Shown piece by piece: positions 30,514 to 40,860 of a stretch of 64,000 nt of DNA. A program made the translations under genes and the position numbers. Origin of the DNA: Chrysochromulina tobinii (taxonomy: Eukaryota). Every line of letters starts with the position of its first letter. Position 1 is the first letter of the stretch. Where the stretch lies: the NCBI GenBank assembly GCA_001275005.1, contig JWZX01003364.1, forward strand, positions 1 to 64,000, read 5' to 3'. Below the pieces are notes generated by a model, which saw only the letters and a list, made by a program, of their open reading frames with translations, ran no database searches and was not told the DNA's origin.

Positions 30514-32853
30514 ATGAAGCGACGTCGGGTCGGCGGCGGCGGTGACAGGGGCGGCGGCGACGTCATCGGCTATGTCGGCGACGACGGCGATGTGAGGGTG
30601 CGAAGCGCCGAAGGCGAGGTGGTCGCGTGGTCCCGTTTGGCCGCGGCGCGATCGGCGGCGCTCGCCAACTGGGTGAGCGACACGGGCGGCGCCGAGGGGG
30701 CGTTCGCAACTCTGGTGCCTGCGGCTGCGCTCCGCACGCTCTCGCGCGTCGCCGAGGGCGGTGCGGAGGATGGCGGGGCGCTGGAGGGGTGCTCGCTCGC
30801 GCAGCTCGCGCAGCTGTTGCACGGCGCGCACTTTCTCGACGTGGACGTCGAGCTTCTGCGACTCCTCTCGCGTTCCCTGTGCACCGGCCACCTCGCCGGC
30901 AAGAGTGGCCCGGAGCTCGGGCGGCTGCTGGGCGTCGTAAGCGACTTCCCCACCGAGGCGGAGCGGCAGGCGGCGACGGAGGAGCCGCTGTACACGCAAG
31001 ACGCTCAGCACGACGCCACTGCACCGCGAGCGGCCGACGCACCCACACCGCCAGCGCCCGTGTGCTGGCTCTCGACGCAGCTCGTCAACGAGGACGCCCT
31101 CGAGGACGCCCTCGCGGACGCTGACGTTCCGACGCTGCGCGCGCTCAAGGGCGTGAGCCTCGCGTGGCGCGCGCGGGCGCGGCGCGTCCTGTGCACGCGG
31201 CTGTGCGCACGCATCGGCCTGCCGCTCACGAGCAACCTCGTCGAGGTGACCGAGCTCGACCTCTCGGACAGCCGCACCACCGGTCGCCTCATCGCCGACG
31301 CGGTCGACGCATCGCGCGGGCTGCCCAACCTGGCAAAGGTGACGGGGCTGGGCGGCTTCGAGGTGGACGTGGCCGCGCTGAGGCGCGTGGCGTCTTCGGA
31401 TGTATCGGAAGAATATGAAGATGGTACGCAACCGTATCCGATGGCAGGGGTGCGCGCGTGCATCCGCGGCGAGGGCGAGGCGTCGATGGAAGTGCTGCTC
31501 GCCGCGTGCATGCTGCGCGACGGTGAGGCGCACGTGCCGGTGAACGCGTTCTTCGGGGACACGTCGATGACGTCGATGGCGCTGCCCGCAGGCCTCACCA
31601 GCATCGGTAGGAGCGCCTTCGATTGCTGCTCCTCGATGACATCGATCCAGCTGCCCGCCGGCCTCATGAGCATCAGTGAGTACGCCTTCGCTAACTGCTC
31701 CTCGATGACGTCGATCGCGCTGCCCGCCAGCCTCACGAGGCTCGGTGGGGGCGCCTTCTATGGCTGCTCCTTGTTGACGTCAATCGCGCTGCCCGCTGGC
31801 CTCATGAGCATTGGTGTGAACGCCTTCTACAGCTGCTCCTCGTTGACGTCGATCGAGCTGCCCGCCAGCCTCACGAGCATCGGTGAGCGCGGCTTTTCTG
31901 GCTGCTCCTCGATGACATCGATCCAGCTGCCCGCCGGCCTCACGAGCATCAGTGAGAGCGCCTTCGAGGACTGCTCCTCGTTGACGTCAATCGCGCTGCC
32001 CGCCAGCCTCACGAGCCTCGGTGGGGGCGCCTTCCGTGGCTGCTCCTCGATGACGTCGATCGCGCTGCCCGCCAGCCTCACAAGCATCGGTGAGCGCGCC
32101 TTTTCTGGCTGTTCCTCGTTGACGTCGATCCAGCTGCCCGCCGGCCTCACGAGCCTCAGTGAGTACGCCTTCGAGGACTGCTCCTCGATGACGTCGATCG
32201 CGCTGCCCGCCGGCCTCATGAGCATCGGTGAGGGCGTCTTCTGGGGCTGCTCCTCGTTGACGTTGATCGCGCTGCCCGCCTGCCTCACGAGCCTCGGTGG
32301 GAGCGCCTTCTCTGGCTGCTCCTCGATGACGTTGATCGAACTGCCCGCCGGCCTCACAAGCCTTGGTGTGTTTGCCTTCGCTGGCTGCTCCTCGTTGACG
32401 TCGATTGCACTGCCCGCTGGCCTCACGAGCCTCCGTGGTTATGCCTTTGATGGCTGCTCCTCGTTGACTTCGATCGAGCTGCCCGCCGGCCTCACTAGCC
32501 TCGGTGTGGGCGCCTTTCGTGGCTGCTCCTCAATAACGTCGATTGCGCTGCCCGCCGGCCTCACAAGCCTCGGTGTGTTCGCCTTCGCTGGCTGCTCCTC
32601 GTTGACATCGATCAAGCTGCCCGCTGGCCTCACGAGCCTTGGTAATGGTGCCTTCTATCGCTGCTCCTCGTTGACGTCGATCGAGCTGCCTGCCGGCCTC
32701 ACGAGCCTTGGTGATTATGCCTTCGATGGCTGCTCCTCGTTGACATCGATCGAGCTGCCCGCCGGCCTCACGAGCATCGGTGATCATGCCTTCCATGGCT
32801 GCTCCTTTGTCGTTGATCGAGATGCCTGGAGAGCTTTGATGACAGCACTCTGA
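30514..32853 (+). CDS. Skp1-like, F-box-like and 18 BspA-type (LRR_5) leucine-rich repeats in one protein
   Basis: Skp1-like: VRVRSAEGEV...AAARSAAL...LAQLLHGAHFLDV...LAGKSGPELGRLLGVVSDFPTEAE. F-box-like: LEDALADADVPTLRALKGVSLAWRARAR. 23-aa repeats CSSLTSIxLPAGLTSxGxxAFxG at ~31561-32803. Confidence 0.85.
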   Translation: MKRRRVGGGGDRGGGDVIGYVGDDGDVRVRSAEGEVVAWSRLAAARSAALANWVSDTGGAEGAFATLVPAAALRTLSRVAEGGAEDGGALEGCSLAQLAQLLHGAHFLDVDVELLRLLSRSLCTGHLAGKSGPELGRLLGVVSDFPTEAERQAATEEPLYTQDAQHDATAPRAADAPTPPAPVCWLSTQLVNEDALEDALADADVPTLRALKGVSLAWRARARRVLCTRLCARIGLPLTSNLVEVTELDLSDSRTTGRLIADAVDASRGLPNLAKVTGLGGFEVDVAALRRVASSDVSEEYEDGTQPYPMAGVRACIRGEGEASMEVLLAACMLRDGEAHVPVNAFFGDTSMTSMALPAGLTSIGRSAFDCCSSMTSIQLPAGLMSISEYAFANCSSMTSIALPASLTRLGGGAFYGCSLLTSIALPAGLMSIGVNAFYSCSSLTSIELPASLTSIGERGFSGCSSMTSIQLPAGLTSISESAFEDCSSLTSIALPASLTSLGGGAFRGCSSMTSIALPASLTSIGERAFSGCSSLTSIQLPAGLTSLSEYAFEDCSSMTSIALPAGLMSIGEGVFWGCSSLTLIALPACLTSLGGSAFSGCSSMTLIELPAGLTSLGVFAFAGCSSLTSIALPAGLTSLRGYAFDGCSSLTSIELPAGLTSLGVGAFRGCSSITSIALPAGLTSLGVFAFAGCSSLTSIKLPAGLTSLGNGAFYRCSSLTSIELPAGLTSLGDYAFDGCSSLTSIELPAGLTSIGDHAFHGCSFVVDRDAWRALMTAL

Positions 32854-33244
32854 GGTCCGCCAGAGTGCCTCCCACGCAGCGCCATCCTTTGCTTTGCACT
32901 AGCTTCTGCCATCGAAAACAATGGTCACATGGAGTGACCCTTAAGCCACATGCTGGCTACAGAGTACACATGCGGGCCTCGCACAGGGCTGGTAGGACGA
33001 TTGTACCGGTATGTGCTGTGGTGCTGTACTGTATTCCATCTGTAATGAGTGCTTCTACTACCGCGACCACTACGGGAGTGTTGCTGCGACACGAGAAGTG
33101 TTGTCTTGTCTTGTCTTGAGGGGGGGGGTCTTGAAACTTGATTTCCCCACGAAGTTCCTCCAGTAACATGATGTGAGAGAGGAGGCGACGCGCCCCCGCC
33201 CCCGCCCCCAGCCGCCGCGCGCCTCCGCCCGCTCGCCATTTCCC

Positions 33245-35368
33245 ATGCAGCACAGTGGGCCAGCGTGGTTCCGTGACCTCTTCGGCTTCGACGAGAGCAG
33301 CACGTGGGGAGAAAACGTAAACCACTTCCAGATGGATGGCGATACGCTCGTGTGCAGGACCGCTCCGCAGTTTCCAAGGCAGTTCGTTGGGCGTTTCGAG
33401 TGCCCGTCTGTCGCCGAACTGCGCAGCAAGCTGGCCGCCGCACCGGGTGCGGCGGCGCCTTCGGCTGGCCTTAGTTTCGCGCACCTTGCCGCGCCGGCGG
33501 GCGTCGGGCCGCTACACTACGAGCCGAGTAATGCCGGTGCAGTCTTCCAGGCGGCCAGTCAGTTCAACTGCCTCGAGATGACGAGCCCCAGCGTGTCGCC
33601 CGCTGCTGGCGTTGGCATCTACATCAACGACAGGACCCAGGGCCCCGCGTGTGCGCTCGCGTGCCCGGCCGCGACCGTGTATCGCAACTACCTCGTGCAG
33701 CACGAGGGCAACACAGGGCAGTACCCCGTGCAGATTGACACCCTGAAGGCGGTGGGCGTGGCCGTCGGCAACGGCGACGGGCGCTACTGGGTCATGCAGA
33801 ACGGCTACGCGATGCCGGTGGGGCGCGACTCGTTGACCGAGCTCGCCGCACGCCTGAGGACGGAGCCCAACCTGGTCGAGCAGGCCGAGGCCGCGCTGCG
33901 CGTCGGCGTGCACTGGGAGACCTCGGTGGCGCCGCCGCTCGAGCACCGCGTGTGCCAAGTGTACGCATCCGCGCTGCCCTGCGCCTACGCGCGCGGGCCG
34001 CCAGAGAGAGACTGGGAACCCTTTGCGCGCCTCGTGCTGCGCGCTGCGTACGAGGCCACGCTCGCCGTCGGAGCTGTACGCTCCTTGGAAGCTGGAGGCG
34101 CGCGCGTCAAGTGCTACCTGACAGCCCTCGGCGGCGGCGTCTTCGGCAACCGGTACGAATGGATCCGCGATGCAATCCTCCATGCGCTCAATCTGTACCA
34201 GGACTGGCCGCTCGATGTGGTGCTAGTACACTATGGCTCACGCGTCGATGCGAACTGGGCCCGTGACTTGCTAAGTGACTTGCCAAGGCAGCCGGCGCTC
34301 AAGACGGCGCCCGCGCCCGCGTCCGCGCCGGCGCCCGCGTCCACGCCCGCGTCCGCGTCCGCGCCTGCGCCCGCGCCGCCCGCGTCCGCGTCCGCGCCGT
34401 CGCCAGAAGCTGCATTAGGCGCAGCGGCAGCTGTCGGCATGCAAGGCGGGTCTCCGAACGCCATCGATGCCGTCAAGAACCGCGAGCCATCGGCTGCGCC
34501 CGGCCAGGGCAAGCAGGACATGACGGAAGCCTCACTCGCGGCGGCGGCGCCCGAGCAGCAGAAGCAGCTCCTCGGCGAGCGCCTCTTCCCGCTCATCTCC
34601 CAGGTTCAGCCGGCCTTTGCCGGCAAGATCACGGGCATGCTCCTCGAAATGGACAACGGCGAGCTGCTCAACCTGCTCGAGTCGCCCGAAGCGCTCAACG
34701 CCAAGATCACGGAGGCAGTCTCAGCGCTCGAGATGCACGCCGCCGAGGGCGAGCAGCAGAAGCAGCTCCTCGGCGAGTGCCTCTTCCCGCTCATCTCCCA
34801 GGTGCAGCCAGCCTTTGCCGGCAAGATCATGAGCATGCTCCTCGAAATGGACAACGGCGAGCTGCACAACCTGCTCGTGTCGCCCGAAGCGCTCAACGCC
34901 AAGATCGTGGAGGCAGTCTCAGCGCTCGAGATGCACGAGAGCGGCATGAAGGATGTCGCCCCCGAGCCTGCCGTCGTCTGGATTCCGAGTGGCAAGTTTG
35001 GCGACAGGCGCTGCCGCGATGGCGGCGCGTGCCACAACGCGAAGTGCGGCTTCGCGCATCCGAGTGACTGGGTGCATTACCATGGCGAGTACCTTGGCTA
35101 CGTGACGAGCCCGTGGTTGGATTGGTCGGGGCCGACAGCGGAGGATGCATGGCAGGGAGGTGAATATGGTGGTGGCGAGCTCAATGAGGAGGAGAGTGCG
35201 TGGCTCGAGCATCAGATCCAGCAGCAGATGGCGCTCCACGATGATGAGCAGCTCGATGAGCAGCTCGAGCAGCAGATGGCGCTCAACGAGGAGCAGCAGC
35301 TCGATGAGGAGGAGAGTGCGTGGCTCGAGCAGCAGATTGATGGCGCTCCACGAGGAGGAGCAGCGTAA
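33245..35368 (+). CDS. Divergent Macro/PARG-like domain, two PABC(MLLE) domains, CCCH finger and acidic tail
   Basis: WFRDLFGF...AVFQAASQFNCLEM...DRTQGPACA...RAAYEATL...LTALGGGVFGN. QQKQLLGERLFPLI...AGKITGMLLEMDNGELL occurs twice. CRDGGACHNAKCGFAH. Confidence 0.8.
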   Translation: MQHSGPAWFRDLFGFDESSTWGENVNHFQMDGDTLVCRTAPQFPRQFVGRFECPSVAELRSKLAAAPGAAAPSAGLSFAHLAAPAGVGPLHYEPSNAGAVFQAASQFNCLEMTSPSVSPAAGVGIYINDRTQGPACALACPAATVYRNYLVQHEGNTGQYPVQIDTLKAVGVAVGNGDGRYWVMQNGYAMPVGRDSLTELAARLRTEPNLVEQAEAALRVGVHWETSVAPPLEHRVCQVYASALPCAYARGPPERDWEPFARLVLRAAYEATLAVGAVRSLEAGGARVKCYLTALGGGVFGNRYEWIRDAILHALNLYQDWPLDVVLVHYGSRVDANWARDLLSDLPRQPALKTAPAPASAPAPASTPASASAPAPAPPASASAPSPEAALGAAAAVGMQGGSPNAIDAVKNREPSAAPGQGKQDMTEASLAAAAPEQQKQLLGERLFPLISQVQPAFAGKITGMLLEMDNGELLNLLESPEALNAKITEAVSALEMHAAEGEQQKQLLGECLFPLISQVQPAFAGKIMSMLLEMDNGELHNLLVSPEALNAKIVEAVSALEMHESGMKDVAPEPAVVWIPSGKFGDRRCRDGGACHNAKCGFAHPSDWVHYHGEYLGYVTSPWLDWSGPTAEDAWQGGEYGGGELNEEESAWLEHQIQQQMALHDDEQLDEQLEQQMALNEEQQLDEEESAWLEQQIDGAPRGGAA

Positions 35369-35589
35369 GTAAGTCTCTACGATTACGCCGCTGTGCAGCA
35401 TCGACTCACCTGGCAAGGGTACGGGACCTAAGCACGGCATGCTAACCCAAGCACGGCCAAGCACGGCACGAGACCTCCATGCTAAAGGGGAGGAGCAGCG
35501 AGGTGCATGAGGAGGACAGCTAGTATTGCCGCGTACACCCCCCCCGCACCAGCGACAATCGCGGTGTGTCGCGACGGACATTGTTCACT

Positions 35590-36535
35590 TTAGCGACTAT
35601 GAGTCCATACTAGAAGGTTCAATCGAATGTTTATTAACAGTTTATACAGTGCGATGTCCTCCGCTGAGCGTGCGCTGATCAAGGCCTGCGCAGCAGCGAC
35701 GCATTGCAGCGACGCCGAGATGGGGTACGTCGACAAGGAGGCATTCGTACTATCAGGCCTCTGCAGGCTCAGCGTCCGAAGAGGGTGGCCGTTACGAAAC
35801 AGCGTGCCGAGCTGCACGTTGATGAGCTGGATCGACTCGTCGTACCGCTCTGTCAACCCAAAAAGCGTCCGTTTTCATAGCGTCTCCATGGCGAGCTCGA
35901 GCAACTGCTTCTCATTCCCCGGGTAGGCCGGAGACGACGCTAACGAGCCGTCGCATGCACGTGGTGCCAGCTGCCTGACCATGCGATTGTGGGCACAGTT
36001 CGCGTTCACCGCGAGCCACTCTTCAAACGTGGCTCGCGGTGAACTTCGCGGTGAACTCACAAGTGGCATCGGCTCACCGATCCAGCGCTGGGTCGGCATC
36101 AAGACGGAGCCGTTGCAATGTCCTGGCGCGTAATGCTTCCAAGCGCTTCCGTGGCACGGCACTTGGCCGCCCAGGTGGTGGAACTCAGAGTACAGACGTT
36201 GTGCTGGCTTCCGAAGCATGGTCTGGAGAAACATTTCATCGTACATCGCCTGGTTCCTTCGCTTTAAGCTGAGTGCTGCGCACGAGGCGATGCGCGGTGG
36301 TATAATTATGGCGGCGCGGGAGGTCGATGTGGGGCATGCGGTGGGCCGGTGGATCCAGCTTTGGCGACCGATGCTTATGAGAACTGACCGACGAAATGAT
36401 GCGAGACGCGTTGTTGAGCAGCGGAATGCCATCCTTGAAGACATCATATCCGAGGACGCCGAAAAAGAGACATGCGAGGAAGGAGGAAAGCAGGACGATG
36501 AGCTGCTTGAGTTTCGCCGGTGATGGGTTATACAT
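35590..36535 (-). pseudogene. Disrupted Golgi-type sulfotransferase (HS6ST/Sulfotransfer_2-like)
   Basis: N-terminal TM anchor, then TMLRKPAQRLYSEFHH, HNRMVRQL and LLELAMETL*KRTLFGLTERYDES...EDIALY. In-frame TGA at 35875-35877, a frame change near ~36250, and no clear 5'-PSB (HxPKTxG) motif. Confidence 0.6.
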
Positions 36536-36762
36536 GCGCGGCCGGTTTTTACAAGCCGATGTCGCAGAAGAGGGCTTTACGAGATGCTCTTTCCCGACAA
36601 CATGGGAAAAGACGTGCTAGGTTGAGAGGTGTGAAGATTGAATTTGAATCGACGGGACGCCGTTTCGACACTCGGCTCGAGTCTCGCTGGGCTTTCCACA
36701 GGAGAATAGGTCAGCTCATCAAGAGAGAAGTGTGAAGACACGTATCGAAACTTGATCTGAAA

Positions 36763-37662
36763 ATGGCAGTCATCAGCGTCAGTCGTACGGCGCTGCTCCT
36801 CGCCGCGGCCGCGCCTCCGAGCGCGCGCAGAAGCACGCCGCTCTCGTTGCTCATCCCGAGGCGCACTGCATCGGCGCCAGAGCTGCCCAAGACGGTGGAT
36901 CCGGTTGATGACCCCATCTACCGCGACGAGCTTTGGCTCGACTCGGGGCATGTACGGTATGCCGATGGCTTGCACGGCGCCGGTGTCGGATACTGTGCAT
37001 CGTTCAGCATAAATACGCGCGCCGGTAACCACTCGCGAGCAATCCTCATCCTGGACGCGGCGCCGCGGCCCGATGAGGAGGCTCTCTGTGCACTCGCCGG
37101 CAAGGTGGCACTCTCGTGCGAGTGCGTCGCATTGGTGCCACTGCTGCGCGGCGGCGCGGCCCAGTGGCCGGCGGAGCGGCTAGCGAGCGAGGCATGGGCC
37201 GCGACGTCGTACCTCAACGGCGCCTTCGGAGCGGAGACCCTCGCGATTGTGGCTGTCGGCGCGACCGCATCCACGACGCTCGCGCTGCTCTCTGCGGGCG
37301 CACTGGACGCGCATGCATGCATCGCCCTGTGCCCGAGCGGCGACCCGGCGAGCGCCGCGCGCGCGGCGCGCGAGCTCCCAGTGCCGCTCCTCGCGCTGTG
37401 CGCGGGCGACGCAGACGGCATCGCGCACGCGACGACGCTCCGCGAGAGCCTCTCCCTTAACTCTCGCCTTCGCTCTGACTTTTATGTGAACGGTTTCGAA
37501 GGCCGCTCGGCCGCGTTTGTGCTGGGCCCGCAGGACGCGACGGACGCAAAGGCTGCCGAGCGCGCCCTCGCGCTGCTCCAGGGATGGGTCGACCGGTACT
37601 GCCCCGAGAGGCTCTCTCGTAGCCAAACGGCTCGAGAGATCGACGATGACGACCAAGCATGA
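36763..37662 (+). CDS. Dienelactone-hydrolase-like alpha/beta-hydrolase fold protein with a signal-like N-terminus
   Basis: Intact 299-aa ORF with RAILIL, VALVPLL, LAIVAVG, VPLLALCAGD and AERALALLQGWVDRY. The canonical nucleophile motif is degenerate. Confidence 0.55.
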   Translation: MAVISVSRTALLLAAAAPPSARRSTPLSLLIPRRTASAPELPKTVDPVDDPIYRDELWLDSGHVRYADGLHGAGVGYCASFSINTRAGNHSRAILILDAAPRPDEEALCALAGKVALSCECVALVPLLRGGAAQWPAERLASEAWAATSYLNGAFGAETLAIVAVGATASTTLALLSAGALDAHACIALCPSGDPASAARAARELPVPLLALCAGDADGIAHATTLRESLSLNSRLRSDFYVNGFEGRSAAFVLGPQDATDAKAAERALALLQGWVDRYCPERLSRSQTAREIDDDDQA

Positions 37663-37891
37663 GCCACGGACCCATGACCCCGGGGGCCCCGAGACACACA
37701 GTCACAGTGCAGTGAAGCCTCACGTAACGTCCGGCTCGGGCCTCAAGTGGGGTACTGCCAGTTAGTTTTAACTGACTCGCGACATCGGTGCCGGTACCGG
37801 TTCGTCCCCCCGGTGTCTTTTTACCGGTAAACGAAACTTCTTCACGCGCTCCACGATCGCACACGGCCTCTTCTGCTCACAGAGGGCCCGG

Positions 37892-38404
37892 ATGGAGGAG
37901 CAGTCCAAGCTCGCGCAGCTCGAGGCGACGATCATCGAGCAGTGCGACAACCTCACGTGGGTCGTCACAGGGATCTTCGTTCTCTCCATCTTCCTGACCA
38001 TCCTACGGCCTGACCCGACGCTCGCGATCTGCCTCTTTGCCTTCTACGGTGCGCACACGCGCTCCTATGGTGCGATTCGCTCCTTTTGGTTCTTCACGCT
38101 CGTCACGGTGCTCGTCGACGTGCTCTGGCTGCTCGCCTACAGCCCGCTGCGCCCGATGGAGTGGGACACGCTGCAACAGCTCGCCCGAAAGGACCAGATG
38201 TCCGTGACGCTCTCCGTGCTGAACCTCGTGTACAAGTTGCTCGCTGTGTACAACGCCGTGCAGCTGCAGCTCGCGTTGACGGAGCGCGAGGAGCTCATCA
38301 GGAGGATGGAGCTTGAGGCCGGCCTTGGCATCAAGAGGACGGGCCTCGAGGCCGGTCTCGGAAGCGCGCCGTTCGCCGCATCGTCCAGCACTGCTCTCGT
38401 GTAG
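37892..38404 (+). CDS. Small multi-pass membrane protein
   Basis: 170 aa with about 4 hydrophobic helices (WVVTGIFVLSIFLTIL, LAICLFAFYG, FWFFTLVTVLVDVLWLLAY, TLSVLNLVYKLLAVY). Confidence 0.65.
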   Translation: MEEQSKLAQLEATIIEQCDNLTWVVTGIFVLSIFLTILRPDPTLAICLFAFYGAHTRSYGAIRSFWFFTLVTVLVDVLWLLAYSPLRPMEWDTLQQLARKDQMSVTLSVLNLVYKLLAVYNAVQLQLALTEREELIRRMELEAGLGIKRTGLEAGLGSAPFAASSSTALV

Positions 38405-38566
38405 TATTGCTATTAGCACAGTGTTTAGGTGTATTTATGTGCCCCAAAGAAGGTGGTATTTCACGCCGCAGTTCACAGATTTTCAGTGATTCCGAAGCGC
38501 GTCCTGGGGGGGCTGCAACCAGGCTGCAGCTCGTCCCCGCCGTGGGCCCGCACACCCGCCAGCGCA

Positions 38567-40288
38567 ATGCTATCCAGCGTGGCGATGCTCTCCAGTATGG
38601 CGTCAGTGCCTCCGCACCTCATTATGACGGTCATCGACGATTTAGGGTGGAGCGATGTCGGGTATCACAACCCTGATCTTCAGACTCCTAACATCAACCG
38701 ATTGGCGAGCGAAGGAGTCAAACTGGAAAGGTACTACGTGCAGCAAGTATGCTCGCCGACTCGCTCAGCATTGATGACCGCGCGCTACCCGTTCCGAACT
38801 GGCCTCCAGCACGCCCCTACGCTGGTGCCCGGGTCGACTGGCGCCATCCCATCGGACACTGCCACCATTGCCGAGGTCCTCAAAAAGCGCGGCTACGCCA
38901 CCTCGGCGATTGGCAAGTGGCACCTTGGCTACAGTAGCTGGAAGGACACACCTCTCGGGCGCGGCTTCGACTCGTACGCCGGCTTCCTCCAAGGCGGCCA
39001 GGATTACTACACGCACGAGCTCGCCATCCCTCCTCCTCTGAACCAGAGTGGCTTCGACCTATGGCGCAACCAGACGGTCGCATGGGACGTGCGCGGAACA
39101 CACACGACGCCATTCTTCATGGACGAAGCGGCGCGCGTCCTCGACGCGCACGACCCGGCGACGCCGCTGTTCGTCTACCTCTCTCTGCAGGAAGTCCATG
39201 CGCCGCTGGAGGAGACGCCTGACGCGCCCTCGCGCGCAGCATGCGTCGGAGCGCCGCCGCTCCCCTCCCCTCTGGGGCCGAAGGTCACCGCCTTTCGACA
39301 CACGCTGTGCGAGATGGCGGCCAACGTGGACTCCTTTCTGGGCGACTTTGTGAGCCGGCTCGAGGCCAAGGGCATGTGGAACCACACCCTCTTCTGGCTC
39401 ACCACCGACAACGGCGGCATGACCTATGGCTCGGCGGCGCTCGGATTGCCGCCGGTTGCTGTCGGAGTTTCGTCCAATTGGCCGTTACGCGGAGGCAAGA
39501 CCACCCTCTTCGAAGGAGGCGTGCGCGGCGTCTCGTTTGTGAGCGGTGGCCTCGTGCCCGTCACGGCGCGTGGCACGACAGTCGAGGGCCTCATGCAACA
39601 CGTCGACGTACCCCTCACGATGGCGAAGCTCGCCCAAGCGAATTGGACGCTACTGTGCGACGATGGCATGTGTGATGCTCTGGACATGTGGCCCACCATT
39701 ACGAACCGCGCGCCCTCGCCGCGGCTCGAGGCGCCCATCAACGTGGACACGTGCGTCGGCCCTGCGGGTGGCGGACCGCCATGCTCGACGGAGTCCAAAT
39801 TCAACGCCCTCATCTCTGCGCGAGATGCCGATGGGCTCTGGAAGCTCATCGAAGCGAATTGGCAACCGCCGCAATGTCCCAACACCACGTGGTGTACCGG
39901 CGCGGGCGGGTACGATGGCTGGTGGACCAACGATCCGTACAGGCACATAGCGCAAAACAACAGCACGCAGGCCGCCCTGCCGGACCCAACGTTGAGCGGG
40001 GGCGGCATCTGGCTCTTCGACCTCGTGAGCGACCCGAATGAGGCTGTCAACATGGCGTCTTCGCGGCCCGAGATTGTGACCTCTCTGCGTGCGCGGCTCG
40101 AAATGTTTGCCCAGCCGTCGAATGGGTACCGCGACCCACAGCTCAACATTCCACACCCCAGGGCCTACCCCTCCAGGCACAATGGCACGTGGGCCCCGTT
40201 CGTCAGCGATGGCGCCACGCTGCCACCTCAGAGTACAGACTATCTGAAGAGCGTGGCGGGGATCCTGGAACACGCGTCCTGGGATTAA
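38567..40288 (+). CDS. Arylsulfatase (ARSB/I/J-like, formylglycine-dependent)
   Basis: IDDLGWSDVG, CSPTRSALMTARY, GYATSAIGKWHLG, TTDNGG, NWPLRGGKTTLFEGGVR and LFDLVSDPNE. Confidence 0.95.
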   Translation: MLSSVAMLSSMASVPPHLIMTVIDDLGWSDVGYHNPDLQTPNINRLASEGVKLERYYVQQVCSPTRSALMTARYPFRTGLQHAPTLVPGSTGAIPSDTATIAEVLKKRGYATSAIGKWHLGYSSWKDTPLGRGFDSYAGFLQGGQDYYTHELAIPPPLNQSGFDLWRNQTVAWDVRGTHTTPFFMDEAARVLDAHDPATPLFVYLSLQEVHAPLEETPDAPSRAACVGAPPLPSPLGPKVTAFRHTLCEMAANVDSFLGDFVSRLEAKGMWNHTLFWLTTDNGGMTYGSAALGLPPVAVGVSSNWPLRGGKTTLFEGGVRGVSFVSGGLVPVTARGTTVEGLMQHVDVPLTMAKLAQANWTLLCDDGMCDALDMWPTITNRAPSPRLEAPINVDTCVGPAGGGPPCSTESKFNALISARDADGLWKLIEANWQPPQCPNTTWCTGAGGYDGWWTNDPYRHIAQNNSTQAALPDPTLSGGGIWLFDLVSDPNEAVNMASSRPEIVTSLRARLEMFAQPSNGYRDPQLNIPHPRAYPSRHNGTWAPFVSDGATLPPQSTDYLKSVAGILEHASWD

Positions 40289-40860
40289 TGAATGGGGGGA
40301 GCGTATACGCCTCGGGTCCACAAAGGATTGACCTTACGAATCCGCCGGCGGGCCCCTACACCATGGTACCCGGTGACTGGGGCCCGGGATCCCCTTTCAG
40401 GGCGGGTGGTTCCCGAATATTCAGTCAGTTGATCCGTTGAACGGCTTGATATGTGTTTCTATCCGTGAGTGGAACTTGAGATTCTTGTTATCATATGCCC
40501 AGGACGACGCCGACGCTCGACTCGCGCGACACCAACGCCCTAACGGCCTGTGTTAAAACGGGCTGTTACGGCCACACCTCCGTCCATAGTGAGAGTGGCT
40601 CATGGTGGCTCCTGTCATGTCCTTGTTTGTCCTTGTTCCTATCCTTGTGCTTCTTGGAGCTTACATTGTCTTGATGTGTTGAGTTTAGATTGTTCAAGAC
40701 CGAACAGCAGGACCGAACCAACACCTCCAACACCCACTCTCTCCAGGCACGACCTTTTCAACTGTGCGAGCACGCTCCGGCTCACAGCCGTTTCACACCT
40801 ATAGAGCTCGTGCTCTCTCTCCTTCGCGCCCTTTTCGTCGCGGACGCGCTGCAGGCCAGC

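Noticed and set aside
31561..32803. Regular 69-bp repeats resembling a CRISPR array or DGR template
   Set aside because: They are in-frame LRR coding repeats with no unique spacers, cas genes or linked RT/template repeat.
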